Assembly: GCA_963817895.1 (NCBI GenBank)
Contig: CAWFQB010000004.1
Span: 1 to 64,000, forward strand
Origin: an uncultured Chthonomonadaceae bacterium
GTDB lineage: Bacteria; Armatimonadota; Chthonomonadetes; Chthonomonadales; Chthonomonadaceae
DNA length: 64,000 nt
Direction of reading: 5' to 3'
Shown here: positions 33,746 to 44,345 of the stretch, in pieces
Layout of the letters: every line of letters starts with the position of its first letter
How positions within the stretch are numbered: the stretch's first letter is position 1
Position numbers and translations under genes: made by a program
Notes under the pieces: generated by a model
Told to the model about the DNA's origin: nothing
Seen by the model: only the letters and a program-made list of their open reading frames with translations
The model's database searches: none

Positions 33746-34662
33746 CTATGAACTCGGACGCAACAACTGCTCCGTCTGAACGTCCTGTGTACCTGTTGTC
33801 GCCCGGAGCAAGGTATCCGTTGCAGCAGAGGAAGCATCGGCAGCCCGCAGCAGCGTTTGACTGCTGCGTTGTTCCTCGGTGCGCAGTTGCAACGCTGGCA
33901 AGCACTGATTTGCTGCCTCCTGTATGCGCTTTTCTCCCGCTGACCCTGCTTCACGCTTTGCCAATCGCTCTACCACGGATAGCGCTTTGCTGTCTCCTAC
34001 TTGCTCGAAGGCTTGAAGAATAGCGATCCGTATATCAATGGCGCTGTTCCTGGCAGGTTGAAACAGATAGCGCACATCTTTGAACAGAGGGTTTTCGACG
34101 GGCAGGCTGAGGATGTGGCAGAGTTTGGCGCGTTGTGCGTCATTGAGCAGGGCGGCATCACTGGCTTGCAGGCGCGGTAACACAGAGATGAGCGCATCTT
34201 GGGCGATCTCACGGGTTTTGAGGTCATCGAGTTTCAGAGCATCAATCAATCGAGCCAATGGAACGCACATCGTATTGCTTTGCCACAGTCGCCGTCAAAC
34301 GGCGTCGGCGCTGACGATGCCTGCGAGCCGAGGAAGGCTCCACATGGCGAGCAGAGACAAACCGCAACGAAGCCAACAATAAAGGCAGGGGAGGCAAGAG
34401 CGGTAGCGGCGTATTTATGCAACATAAACACTGCCATCAGGAAGAACAACTCAAAAGCAATGATGGCACGCCACGAATGGCGTTGAAATTGCTTTGCTTC
34501 CTGGCTGAGAACGGCATGAACATCCTCTCCTTGCTCGACGACAGTGGACGCTTCCCCAATGCTTTTCACCGTTTTTTCTGTTGGACTTTGCCGAGGCATA
34601 AGGGCATTCAGTGTCTCGGTGGAGGGGGTAGCTTCTTCGGATTGCAGAAAGCGTTGTTCCAT
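33746..34662 (-). CDS. Membrane/HEAT-like helical protein with triple LLR[AP] tail (frameshift ~34300)
   Basis: TM segments, AILQAFEQVGDSKAL, TLLRAA..TLLRAT..EQLLRPS. Confidence 0.6.
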
Positions 34663-34667
34663 ATCTT

Positions 34668-35459
34668 TTATGACCGGGTACAGGGCAGAGTGGGTTCGAT
34701 TAAGGAACGGTGCTGCTGAAATGCCTGCCACTCTGCGCGCCAATGGGTGAGGTGGCCTTCGGTAATCATTTTCTGACAGCCGGTGTCTCCCATCTTTGCT
34801 CGTGTTTCCAGCCAGTCTCCCAGAAAGCGCAACACTTCTTCAACCATATCCAGCAGTTCCAGTGTTGCCTCTATCCCATAAGCCGCACAGAATAAATGCA
34901 GGCGGCGACTGCCTGATCGCACGTCGGCAAGCGCTAACTCCCGCAGATCGCTGTGGAAAGTTAGGGGAACGAACCAGTAAGCCGCGTACGCGACATCACG
35001 CAAACGCGGCCCCGGCCCTGCCATGTCGAAGTCAATAACAGCGTAAGGAGTGCCGTCTGAACACACCAGATTGTAGGGTGCGAAATCGTTGTGGCAGATT
35101 ACTTCATGTCGCGCAGCATCCGGGTAGACGAACTGCCAGCAGGCTTGCGGAGGCGGCACAAAGTCTACTGTGGCGTCATGGTAGACGCGCAGCAGGCGGG
35201 CCGCTGCAACTAACGCATCTTCCCCTTGCCACAGATATGGCATAAATCCAACCTCGCCGGGAAGATACGACAACATCTCGCGTTCTTGATTGTCTACGCC
35301 GAGAAAGCGCGGACACCCAGCAAAGCCTTGTGCTAGTAGATGCAGAAGCAGGCTGTGCGTGGTGGAACTGCATGGGTGCTGTGCCCGCCGCACCGTTTCG
35401 TTGTTCCTCACGACCAGAGGATTGACATTCCCACCTGCAAGCGGCACTTCCTCGTTCAT
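34668..35459 (-). CDS. APH-like phosphotransferase
   Basis: LAGGNV, CHNDFAPYN..IDFD. Confidence 0.85.
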   Translation of the reverse strand: MNEEVPLAGGNVNPLVVRNNETVRRAQHPCSSTTHSLLLHLLAQGFAGCPRFLGVDNQEREMLSYLPGEVGFMPYLWQGEDALVAAARLLRVYHDATVDFVPPPQACWQFVYPDAARHEVICHNDFAPYNLVCSDGTPYAVIDFDMAGPGPRLRDVAYAAYWFVPLTFHSDLRELALADVRSGSRRLHLFCAAYGIEATLELLDMVEEVLRFLGDWLETRAKMGDTGCQKMITEGHLTHWRAEWQAFQQHRSLIEPTLPCTRS

Positions 35460-35482
35460 TGCTCCCGCTCCTCACTTCGGCT

Positions 35483-35513
35483 CTGCCGCGTCGAAAAATT
35501 TTCGACGCGGCAG
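35483..35513. repeat. Palindrome, 15-bp arms
   Basis: CTGCCGCGTCGAAAA A TTTTCGACGCGGCAG. Confidence 0.85.
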
Positions 35514-35537
35514 CAAAAAACAGTACAGCCCTTCATT

Positions 35538-36125
35538 TTAGGTGCTACACATTGATGAGGCGGGGTTTGTCAACAAGCCGATGGCATCGTCAGGATTGCC
35601 GTTGTCCAGGAAGACAAAGCCCAGCCGCAGCATCAGGTTCCGAGAGCGGAAGTTTGTTGGGGTGATGGCGTTGATGATGCGATCTATGCCCAACTGTGAA
35701 AAACCGTATTCGATCAAGGCTCTGCCTGCTTCCGTGGCATAGCCCTGTCCCCAGTAGTTCTTGCCCAGCGCATACGTGAGTTCCACATCCAGAATGCCGG
35801 GAATATGTCCGACGTTGCACGAGCCGTCCGGCATCAGCAGCCAGTCCATGTCGTCGTTGGCATGGTTCTGGAAGCCCATCAAGCCCAGCAGCGCGCCATC
35901 TGCTTTACGGATGAGGGCCTTGTAGTGAAAACTGTCTCTATCCTCCCCGACGTAGAGTTTGTCGGTTTGAAAGCGTTCTTGGAACTCCTCCCATGTTCCC
36001 TTGTACCCTGACCAATTCGGTCTCACCTCCGGGTCTGCGTAAACGAGGGCATAGATGGCGTCGGCATCTTCCGGCAAAAACGGACGAATGAGCAGGCGTT
36101 CGGTTTCGAGCATGGTTTCCTCCAC
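35538..36125 (-). CDS. RimJ/RimL-type GNAT
   Basis: LETERLLIRP, WGQGYATEAG. Confidence 0.88.
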   Translation of the reverse strand: MEETMLETERLLIRPFLPEDADAIYALVYADPEVRPNWSGYKGTWEEFQERFQTDKLYVGEDRDSFHYKALIRKADGALLGLMGFQNHANDDMDWLLMPDGSCNVGHIPGILDVELTYALGKNYWGQGYATEAGRALIEYGFSQLGIDRIINAITPTNFRSRNLMLRLGFVFLDNGNPDDAIGLLTNPASSMCST

Positions 36126-36212
36126 AATGCAGCGATTTTTCTTTATCGTGGAGGCATCATATACTGCTTAACAGCCTGACGACAACGCGCCTGCTTGCCC
36201 TCTTTTTGCACA

Positions 36213-36704
36213 TCAGTCCTTGCTGAAAAACTCGTTGACCACTTCCTGATGCAGTGAAAAGCCCATTGTTGCTGTGGGCGGCGCGACAATGCACTCCGTC
36301 ACTTCATCATTGTCCCAGGTGGTATTCGGCAAGGTGTCCGCGGAACGATGCGGTGCGCGTCCGAAGACGAGGAGTGTGCCATCAGGGGCGCTTTTGACGG
36401 TGAGCAGATCAACATTCTCCGGCTGCTCTATAATCCCCGTTTCCTCATACAGTTCTCGAACACACGCTTGTTGCCACGTTTCGCCCAGATTGATAAAGCC
36501 GCCTGGGAGGTTGAGGGTTCCCATCTTCGGCTCGATCTTGCGCCGGATCGCCAGAAAGCCTTTATCTACGGGCATCAACAGAACGGCAACAGGCAAAGGG
36601 TTCAGGTAGGACGTATTACCGCAGGCGGTGCAGGTTCGGGGCCACACTTGATCGGGAACAAACGCCGCGCCGCAAAAGGAACAATGCGAGTTTTTCTTGG
36701 TCAT
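36213..36704 (-). CDS. NUDIX hydrolase with Zn ribbon
   Basis: CSFCG..CTACG..YLNP; LPGG..GE..RELYEETG. Confidence 0.9.
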   Translation of the reverse strand: MTKKNSHCSFCGAAFVPDQVWPRTCTACGNTSYLNPLPVAVLLMPVDKGFLAIRRKIEPKMGTLNLPGGFINLGETWQQACVRELYEETGIIEQPENVDLLTVKSAPDGTLLVFGRAPHRSADTLPNTTWDNDEVTECIVAPPTATMGFSLHQEVVNEFFSKD

Positions 36705-36798
36705 TGTCGAAAGCCTATCCGTTCGTAAAAACATGGAATGCACTGACGAGGATAATTGCATTAGCCCAGAAAAACATGCGCGCTCAATCAGGTGAAAC

Positions 36799-37707
36799 TC
36801 AACGCGACCAGTCAAGGGAGGCCATCCGAGTAGACAGCAGCAACGAGGGCAGTTCCTCTAAACGGCTTTCCAGCAACGTTCTCTGTGCGGCAAACTCCTC
36901 TAGCATCTGTTGCGGCACAGGACTGTCCATCACTTCCTTGACGGTTTCAGCAGCATATTGGAGCCTGTTCTTAACATATTCAGGCGTTAGCGTCTGTTGT
37001 AGAAAATCAACGTTTTCCGTGCGCCATCCACGCTCATAGATGTGCCCTTCCATTCCCCACAACTCAGGCGGCCCACCGCCCCCATTCGGTGTCCAGGGAG
37101 TAAAGACGGGATTACGGTCGTTTTCATACAGCAAGCAGGAGAGATATTGCAGCACGGAACAGGCTTGTCCCGATGTACTTATCTCCCACCAGGATGTCCA
37201 GAATGTAGATAGGGTTGGAAACACGACACAAAAGGAACTCAGTGTATAAAACCAGGTGTACGGGCTGGCTCCCATCCCGGAGAAGACAAGTTGGTTTTGC
37301 TGATCAATGCAGTCCAGAAGCGATGCTGCCATGAACGATTCGACAGCCGCATACTCGCGTGAGTTGAGATTGTCTTGCAACAGCGGCTTGTTGGCAAGCG
37401 CCGCCCAAAAGTATTCAACAAAACCACCATACTCGGACTGGTTATGGGAAAGCAAGTCTTTTCGCCATACGTCCAGGCAGATCGGCAACAGGTAACGAAA
37501 CAGATCAGGTTGGAGGGGAGATGGCTCGTACAGCAGATCATGGGAGTATTCTATCAAGTCCCTGTTTGTCGGCATCTCGCCTTTCAAGCGGCACAGCCGT
37601 TTGTAGTGACTGGGATCATAATCAAAGGGCTTCTGCCAGATACGACTGGGCGGCTTTTGAGCATGTAAGGCTTGGATCAGTTGTGGCAGAGAAGCGCGCA
37701 CAGGCAT
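36799..37707 (-). CDS. Hypothetical protein
   Basis: 302-aa ORF in operon orientation; no motif recognised. Confidence 0.65.
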   Translation of the reverse strand: MPVRASLPQLIQALHAQKPPSRIWQKPFDYDPSHYKRLCRLKGEMPTNRDLIEYSHDLLYEPSPLQPDLFRYLLPICLDVWRKDLLSHNQSEYGGFVEYFWAALANKPLLQDNLNSREYAAVESFMAASLLDCIDQQNQLVFSGMGASPYTWFYTLSSFCVVFPTLSTFWTSWWEISTSGQACSVLQYLSCLLYENDRNPVFTPWTPNGGGGPPELWGMEGHIYERGWRTENVDFLQQTLTPEYVKNRLQYAAETVKEVMDSPVPQQMLEEFAAQRTLLESRLEELPSLLLSTRMASLDWSR

Positions 37708-37861
37708 TACCTCGGCGAAAAGTGGTCACTCGCGCCCCTCTCCGACTAGAGTGTGCGGACAGCCTGCCATTTTAAGCCTCTTAGCGCATGTTCCATCGCT
37801 ATAAAAATGCTCGGCTTCCGTATGGTTTCGGCTCTCCCGGTTCAGTGTATGGAACACCATT

Positions 37862-38311
37862 TCACCAGTTTCCGTGCTTTTTCACGTAGTTGTCAAACTG
37901 CTGATCCGTTCCGATGAACCATCGTTCCACCACAGGCTTATCCGGTACGACCTCCACAGCGCCACCCCTGACCGACGGAGCAGACGGAGAGGTTTCTACC
38001 GGAGAGGGTTCGTACTCCACGGGCAAGCGTTGTCGGTTCGTTCCTGAGACATAGTAGAAGTCATCGGCGCTATGCCAGCCCTCTGGTAACGGAGTGGAAG
38101 TTTGCGCCCGTCCATCGGCTGCGATGCGGATTAAATATCGCCCTTCTTCCATCGGGAGGGACGCAGCATCCGAAACTTCGTACTCTACTCGTATTGGCCC
38201 CACATATCCTGCTGGTAGCAGATACCGGCTCGGATGGGTATCATTATTCCCACAGCAAGGGAGATAAAGGAACAAAAGCAAGAGGGCAATCGACCGTATT
38301 ATACGCATCAA
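37862..38311 (-). CDS. Putative lipoprotein
   Basis: Signal peptide ending in Cys; YLLPAGYVG. Confidence 0.6.
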   Translation of the reverse strand: MMRIIRSIALLLLFLYLPCCGNNDTHPSRYLLPAGYVGPIRVEYEVSDAASLPMEEGRYLIRIAADGRAQTSTPLPEGWHSADDFYYVSGTNRQRLPVEYEPSPVETSPSAPSVRGGAVEVVPDKPVVERWFIGTDQQFDNYVKKHGNW

Positions 38312-38476
38312 AACACCTTACACTTTCGGAAACGAAGGCTTGAAGCCGGTTCTTATCACCTCACTCTAACCAATTCCTTGCTCTGAAAACGATGAGAAAT
38401 GGGAAGAACTCCCTCTTATTGGCATTGTCACTATCTGGACGTGGCTACCACGATAGGCGCACCCAACAAGGGTCAC

Positions 38477-39226
38477 TCACTCCCTGGCTCCCGCACGGCG
38501 CAGAAGGATTACAACGTCAGAATGCTTGTTCTGCATCGCCCATTTGAGCGCCGTCTCTCCTCGTGGACACACCACATTCGGGTTGGCTCCCTTCTTGAGC
38601 AGAAAGGCAACATTGTCCGTTCGCCCGTAGAAGGCGGCAATCATCAATGGAGTTGTGCCATAGCCCAAGCGTGAGTTCAAATTTCCCCCAATGAGGATGG
38701 CATTTTGAATATCGGCAGGCGTGCCGTTTCTGGCAGCCACATACACGGTTCCCTCGACCTGTTCGCGCTGCATCTGGCGATATAGCAAACCAATCCCACA
38801 AAAGAACAAAGCGAACAGTAGAATTGATAATCCCAATCTTGCGTCATTGGGTACTTCCCAGAGATGTTTGTCGTCGCCTGCGCGTGTGGAGTGCGTTCGC
38901 CGCCGCAATAGGAGGAAGGGCAATCCCACCAGAAATGAGATGGGGACAGCACATATAAAGGCTGGAACATACACCTCACCAAGCCATGACAACTCTTTCG
39001 GGGAAATATGCGACCAGACAACATAGACAGAAACACACACGCCTGTGAGATAAGACGCCACAAAACTTGCCGTGACCGAGGCTATTAGGTATTTATGGAG
39101 CAGGCAGTGCGAGAGAATGGACGCAAGCCCTGCTGCTGCCAAAAACACGAGGAAGAAAACGTGGTCTATGTCAATATTTGTTACAGGAGTCATCGTCGCG
39201 TTCCTTTCCCAATGCAAGCCTGCCAT
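38477..39226 (-). CDS. Multi-TM ankyrin-repeat protein (start uncertain)
   Basis: TM helices then GTTPLMIAA, GANPN, GETALKWA. Confidence 0.8.
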   Translation of the reverse strand: MAGLHWERNATMTPVTNIDIDHVFFLVFLAAAGLASILSHCLLHKYLIASVTASFVASYLTGVCVSVYVVWSHISPKELSWLGEVYVPAFICAVPISFLVGLPFLLLRRRTHSTRAGDDKHLWEVPNDARLGLSILLFALFFCGIGLLYRQMQREQVEGTVYVAARNGTPADIQNAILIGGNLNSRLGYGTTPLMIAAFYGRTDNVAFLLKKGANPNVVCPRGETALKWAMQNKHSDVVILLRRAGARE

Positions 39227-39369
39227 CTACGCAGCGACCTCTGACGCTTGCCGCACGGAACAGCAGACATCAGAAGTGTAGCATCATTTTCGTCTGCCGG
39301 GCGGAGGATTATAGATGTTATCCAAAATGCCTGCTAAAATACCATTCACAATCAAGACGATGCACATAA

Positions 39370-39516
39370 TCACAGGCATGTGGCAAGGTGCTTATCCTTA
39401 TGATGAGCCGCCTGTGCCGCAATGGGATAGAGCATAGCGGCAACGACCCATGTGAGCGCCATAATAATCAAGCCCTCTGGAATGTAGCCGGGGTAGTGCC
39501 GTTTTCTTGGTTTCAT
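39370..39516 (-). CDS. Small pilin-like TM peptide (48 aa, not in ORF track)
   Basis: ATGA-coupled to upstream gene; MKPRKRHYPGYIPEGLIIMALTWVVAAMLYPIAAQA. Confidence 0.35.
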   Translation of the reverse strand: MKPRKRHYPGYIPEGLIIMALTWVVAAMLYPIAAQAAHHKDKHLATCL

Positions 39517-40172
39517 CCGTGTTTCCACATCCTTCGCTTCATCCCTACATCAGTCCTGTCAGTGCATACATCAGCATCACGACGAATCGGGGCAGCAGAA
39601 CAGACTTCTACATCGTCGGGCAGTTGGAGAAGTTCGCACTTTTCCTCATCGCTCACTTTGCCATCAAGCCATTCGGAGAGGGCAAGCAGGGCTTCGGCGC
39701 GTTCGTGGGCAGAGGGAGGATGAACACGCACTATAAATAAGAATGGCTCCTCTACAAACAACCACAATGAGAATCCACTCGGTGCGATAATATCGCGCCA
39801 GGTCGTTTGAACCTCTTTTTGGCAGTGCGGTGTCCATTGGGTTCCTGTAAACAGGTTATACTTTAGGACGAGTTTGCCCCACTGCCAAAGGTAATCACGC
39901 ATTCCCTCTGCACACGCTATCTTACATTGCGCTTCCTCCCACTGCCAACTCTTACAAGGGGAAGTATAACAAAACACAATTTCATTCTGTTTGGCGAGCC
40001 AGTGATGCGTTGATTCGGCAAACGCATCAGGGAGTACGTGACATGCCCAAGTTGTCACCCGCCGCAGTTCTTCATCCGACCCGCACAAAAACCGCAGCGG
40101 CTCTCCCGGCCCCGGCTTGGTGCGAAACCAGTTCTTAAACCGATACCAGAAGTGAGCCAGACTGTATTTCAT
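39513..40172 (-). CDS. Hypothetical protein
   Basis: ORF in array orientation. Confidence 0.6.
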   Translation of the reverse strand: MKYSLAHFWYRFKNWFRTKPGPGEPLRFLCGSDEELRRVTTWACHVLPDAFAESTHHWLAKQNEIVFCYTSPCKSWQWEEAQCKIACAEGMRDYLWQWGKLVLKYNLFTGTQWTPHCQKEVQTTWRDIIAPSGFSLWLFVEEPFLFIVRVHPPSAHERAEALLALSEWLDGKVSDEEKCELLQLPDDVEVCSAAPIRRDADVCTDRTDVGMKRRMWKHG

Positions 40173-40225
40173 CTTCTGCCCTCGTTTCTTTGCCGTCTCA
40201 TCGCCCGCGCGAACACGACAGGGGC

Positions 40226-40645
40226 TTAATCTTTGATCCCGGCCTGGTGAAGAAAGCGCGCCATCGCCGGGTCTTTAGATTCCTTAGCGAAACGCAGCAT
40301 CGCCTCTCGCTTCAGCATCGCTTCTCGTTTGTCCGGTGAGTTGCTTAGTCTGGCTCCATGCTGCCAGAGAATATTGCATGTTTGTAGATTTCCACTGTTG
40401 ACCGCCATTTCCAGCACGTTAGAACCCGCATCCTCGAAGGTGGGAGGGACGCCCTGTGCTAGAAGCCGCTCCACCTCGGCAGTATGTCCCTTTCCGGCTG
40501 CCTCCCAGAGTTGTTCACCCATTTCATAGGAATGGAAGGCCGTTGTGACAGTATAAACAAACCAGACAACAGGGCAGGCAATACAGGTAAGGACAAGCGA
40601 GCCAATCAAAAGTACACGAAAAGGTTTGGAGAATTTTATTTGCAT
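40226..40645 (-). CDS. Membrane-anchored ankyrin protein
   Basis: TM, LWEAAGKGH..VERLLAQG, LEMAV..G. Confidence 0.75.
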   Translation of the reverse strand: MQIKFSKPFRVLLIGSLVLTCIACPVVWFVYTVTTAFHSYEMGEQLWEAAGKGHTAEVERLLAQGVPPTFEDAGSNVLEMAVNSGNLQTCNILWQHGARLSNSPDKREAMLKREAMLRFAKESKDPAMARFLHQAGIKD

Positions 40646-40663
40646 GGGTCGCCTTTCTCTGCC

Positions 40664-41110
40664 TTACTCCGGCCCATTCACCGCCCGCACTAATTGCTCC
40701 TCATGCCTCTCCTGCCCTTCTGCGGCGGCTCTCAGCAACACAGCCTTTTGTGCCTGCGTCGGTGCCGAAGAAGCGCGAACAAGAGAACCGGGAGCGGGAA
40801 GGTGGGCGGTGTTGGCGCGGGTGAGAGGAACGACATCTTCCACCGTCGCAAATTTTCTGAAACTGGTCTTCATTCCTTTGTAGAAGCAGAAGGTCACTAC
40901 GCTGGACTCAACCGCATATAACGCACGATCTGAATGGAAGGTATAGCGGAGGTCACAGAAAAAATCCAATGCCGAGATGACAACATCTCCTCCGAATTCG
41001 ATGAGCATAAAGCCGCATATTACTGTCAAACAAGCCAGGCTGATGCGTGTAGCCTGTATCCGCAGATACTTCCCCCTGCTTACAATCCGCTTCCCCGTCT
41101 TCGGCTCCAT
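40664..41110 (-). CDS. MEPKTGK...LVRA family protein
   Basis: MEPKTGKRIVSRGKY; PLTRANTAHLP..SLVRASS..VLLRAA..EQLVRA. Confidence 0.85.
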   Translation of the reverse strand: MEPKTGKRIVSRGKYLRIQATRISLACLTVICGFMLIEFGGDVVISALDFFCDLRYTFHSDRALYAVESSVVTFCFYKGMKTSFRKFATVEDVVPLTRANTAHLPAPGSLVRASSAPTQAQKAVLLRAAAEGQERHEEQLVRAVNGPE

Positions 41111-41150
41111 CCCTGCGCCTCTTTCTTCTGCTTTATCCATTTTGCCCCGG

Positions 41151-41495
41151 CTAGAAGTCCTCTCCGGGCTTGAGCACCGTCCGCTCTCCCCTCCATATTC
41201 GTCGTTCTTCTCGAACCGTTAATTTGCCTCTGACGTAATACGTGGTTCCCCATGTCCATTCGCGTATCGGCAATATCACAACACATACATCATCCTCACG
41301 AGGAGAAGCCCCTTGAAGCAACAGACGATGCGCGTTTGCATACTTGCCATCCACATCACTCAGAACTGCTTCCACATAGGCACAATCCAAATGCGCCTGT
41401 TTACTTGGTTTCGGCTGTATCTGCATTATCACCAGTGCCAGCAGAATGAAAGCAAGAAGAATAGACAAGGAGAGTCGAAGTCGTTTTTCCAGCAC
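41151..41495 (-). CDS. Hypothetical exported protein (cassette cargo)
   Basis: N-terminal TM; start overlaps upstream stop. Confidence 0.55.
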   Translation of the reverse strand: MLEKRLRLSLSILLAFILLALVIMQIQPKPSKQAHLDCAYVEAVLSDVDGKYANAHRLLLQGASPREDDVCVVILPIREWTWGTTYYVRGKLTVREERRIWRGERTVLKPGEDF

Positions 41496-42163
41496 TACTT
41501 TTGTCCTCCCACTGCCCGTACCAACTGCTCTGACGAAGTTTCCTGTCCTTGTACGGCGGCGCGGAGTAACACGGTTTGCTGTTCTTGCAACGGCTCGGAA
41601 GACGCGCGTACCAGAGAATCGGGCGCAGGCAGGTCGGCGGTGTTGGCACGGGTGAGGGGGATGCTGTCATGGATTTTTCGGGCGTGTTTGAGACTGACGG
41701 TACTTGCAACGCGACACAGAATTATCCCCAACACCAACGCCGCATAGAAGACAAGGTTCACCGGCACGTACTCCGCTGGCAACCGGTGCCGAGAGGGTTC
41801 TATGGATGCTATAAATTCGTGGGTTTCCTGGGTTACGGAGTCAACATTGATCCGCATGTGCGTAATGGGCTGCGCCAGATAGAAGTCGAAGGCGTTTTTG
41901 ACACAATTGGCGAGGATCAGCAAGACGCCTATCCACACTCCCGCCCTCAACAGGCCGTGTATACCTTTGACAATCACGCCGCGCAGATACTCTCCATACG
42001 GCACGAGGCGCGGTTTGGGTTCTGGTTCGGGTAGCGGTTCGGGTAGCGGCAGAGGCGGATTGTAGTTGTCGCGATCACGGTGGTAGTCCCCGTTGTACAT
42101 GCTCACCGCTTCCAGGCAGGCCGAGAGGTCTATGCGTTTGTCGTCCATCTTCGTCGGTTCCAT
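41495..42163 (-). CDS. MEPKTGK...LVRA family protein (long variable region)
   Basis: MEPTK..RLVPYGEY; PLTRANTADLPAPDSLVRASSEP..VLLRAA..EQLVRA. Confidence 0.85.
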   Translation of the reverse strand: MEPTKMDDKRIDLSACLEAVSMYNGDYHRDRDNYNPPLPLPEPLPEPEPKPRLVPYGEYLRGVIVKGIHGLLRAGVWIGVLLILANCVKNAFDFYLAQPITHMRINVDSVTQETHEFIASIEPSRHRLPAEYVPVNLVFYAALVLGIILCRVASTVSLKHARKIHDSIPLTRANTADLPAPDSLVRASSEPLQEQQTVLLRAAVQGQETSSEQLVRAVGGQK

Positions 42164-42202
42164 CCCTGCGCCCTCCTTCTTCCTCTGCCCTGTTGCTGTT
42201 TG

Positions 42203-42407
42203 TCCTCATGTTCGCCATTGCTCACCAGACTCCTGCTGACAACGCGAGGGAACGAGAAATTGAATGCGGCGGATGGGCGGCAGGCAAACACAGGGCGCGG
42301 CAAGTGGGGCATTGCGAGAGTTTGGCATGGTAGTGTATTTAGTCAGTCGCGCAAGTCATTCCAGCACCACCCTCTCGCCGCCAATGCCAACACCGCACGG
42401 GCCACCA
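42203..42407 (-). repeat. ~200-bp non-coding repeat copy A (promoter-like)
   Basis: Aligns with 47281-47475; minus strand TTGCGC-N16-TACCAT. Confidence 0.7.
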
Positions 42408-42461
42408 GTTTATTAGAGCCGGGGCGAAGAGGGGCGGCATGGTTTCGTTTTTGACGGCTTC

Positions 42462-42950
42462 CTAAACGATGTATTCTCTTACTGATACTTCCAATGCGAG
42501 AATATCGAATGCCCCGTAATCATCAAAACTAACTGCGTAGTGATGTAGATCAGACTCCTTCAGCACATGCCCCAACCGCTCCCCTGGATAGTTTCTAAGA
42601 GGGCCTTTGGAAAGCAGGTTCTCAATATACGGCGAACCTTGAATATCTATCAATCCGAAACAACTCACGCCAGGAGGGTAGTGTTCTAACTCCGGGAAAT
42701 CTTCGTATAGATTCTCGAATGTTCTAAAGCGATACTCGAAGACGTTCTTAAAACGAAATTCTCCATACACCTTTTTTCCGTCAGGCAACCAGTTGAAAAT
42801 GTACTTAAGAACCAAGTGTACGGCTTCATCTGCTATGCCTTGTACTTCGACCCAGGGGCCGTTCACGAAAGCGGTAGACTTGCCGGGAATGGGAATGTTT
42901 ATGAATTGCATTTTGCGTCCTACATGCCGCAGTTTATCCTCACGTTGCAC
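42462..42950 (-). CDS. Hypothetical protein (cassette cargo)
   Basis: AT-richer ORF directly after a family gene. Confidence 0.6.
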   Translation of the reverse strand: MQREDKLRHVGRKMQFINIPIPGKSTAFVNGPWVEVQGIADEAVHLVLKYIFNWLPDGKKVYGEFRFKNVFEYRFRTFENLYEDFPELEHYPPGVSCFGLIDIQGSPYIENLLSKGPLRNYPGERLGHVLKESDLHHYAVSFDDYGAFDILALEVSVREYIV

Positions 42951-42954
42951 CCTC

Positions 42955-43375
42955 TTACCCCTGACCCTCCACCGCCCGTACCAACTGTTCCGGCAGCGTC
43001 TCTTGTCCTTCGGTGGCGGCGCGGAGCAATACAGCCTCCTGCGCCTGCATCGGCTCTGTGGAAGCGCGTACTAGAGTGTCGGGAGGGGCGATCGGCAGTG
43101 TTGTGGCGGGTGAGAGGAACAACCGGTTCGATGGCGCGTACTCTTTGCCCTATTTTCAGTGCTATCCAAAACAGAGCGGCAGCATACAGCATCCAAAAGC
43201 AGAATGCCATTTGCGCTGGAACGGAAGGCATGTACTCCGGGTGTCGCCCCGCAAAGAGCGCAACCATTCCGAAGAAAATTATACACCCCGCGAGTAAACA
43301 CAACTTTGCTTTCTTTAGCAGAAACCGAACATACACCCCTCTGCTCACAATCCACTTGCTCGTCTTCGGCTCCAT
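42955..43375 (-). CDS. MEPKTGK...LVRA family protein (frameshift ~43080)
   Basis: MEPKTSKWIVSRGVY; PLTRHNTAD; shifted frame AVLLRAATEG..EQLVRAVEGQG. Confidence 0.8.
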
Positions 43376-43405
43376 CCCTGCGCCTCCTGCCTGTGCTGCC
43401 CTGTG

Positions 43406-44098
43406 TTACTTTCTGCCTTTTTGCAGCAGCGCTACAAGGTCGGGGCGCTTATTGTTTTGTGCAATCGTAAGGGGAGTCCTTCCAGCCTTGTTGGGGTGGG
43501 TGGGGTCGGCTCCGTGTGCCAGCAGAAGCCGGAGGATACTCGTCTCGTATCTATTGTATAAGGCATAATGTAATGCGGTGTCACCCTGCATATTTTCAAC
43601 GGCAGCGTTCGCGCCATGCTCCACGAGCAGCCCCGTCAGTCCCGCATCCCCGCGCAGAGCGGCAAACATGAGTAGCGTATTGCCTTCAAAGTCTTGTTGG
43701 TCAATGTTCGCGCCATGTACCAGCATCGCACGAATCAAGGGCACATCTTCCAGGGGTTTGATGTCTGCGGTAAAACTAGCCGGGGATGCGTAACATTCTG
43801 TTGCATCCGCCAGTAAAAACGCCGTAAAACTATCCTCGGCAAGCGCAGGCGAACGGTGCAGTAAGTGGCTTAGAAGCAATTTCAGGGTAGGGGCAGGCGG
43901 CGGGTTGTAGCGCGTGTTCGGGTCGGCTCCCGCATTGACGAGGGTAAGCGCCTGTCCGATGTCCTTCCGGTCAAGCGCAGCAATCAACTGCCGATTGAGC
44001 GCATACTGTCGTTTAGCCTGCCGCACCCACACATCACAGCCGCCAACCAGTAGCGCGGCTACAAGCACAGACACAACTAGAAAGCGACGAAGTTTCAT
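43406..44098 (-). CDS. Membrane-anchored ankyrin protein
   Basis: TM, RQ..LNRQLIAAL..GADPN, GNTLLMFAA, GDTALHYA, GRTPL. Confidence 0.88.
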   Translation of the reverse strand: MKLRRFLVVSVLVAALLVGGCDVWVRQAKRQYALNRQLIAALDRKDIGQALTLVNAGADPNTRYNPPPAPTLKLLLSHLLHRSPALAEDSFTAFLLADATECYASPASFTADIKPLEDVPLIRAMLVHGANIDQQDFEGNTLLMFAALRGDAGLTGLLVEHGANAAVENMQGDTALHYALYNRYETSILRLLLAHGADPTHPNKAGRTPLTIAQNNKRPDLVALLQKGRK

Positions 44099-44345
44099 AC
44101 TCCTCACATTCGCCGCCGTTCGCCAAACTCCTGCTTGTTTACCATTGCATCGGCTCTAATTCAGTTTTCAAATGCGAATTCTTAGGAGCAATTCATTTAT
44201 TACATGGCATTGTGGGGATCAGCGTTGCTGCAAACACTATCAGAACGAAAGTCTGAAACCGCCTTTCACAAAGTACACGTAGTGTCATCAGACAAGAACC
44301 TTGTTTTTGCCACCGCGCCTCTGCTTTACGCGCAAGGAGAACCCC

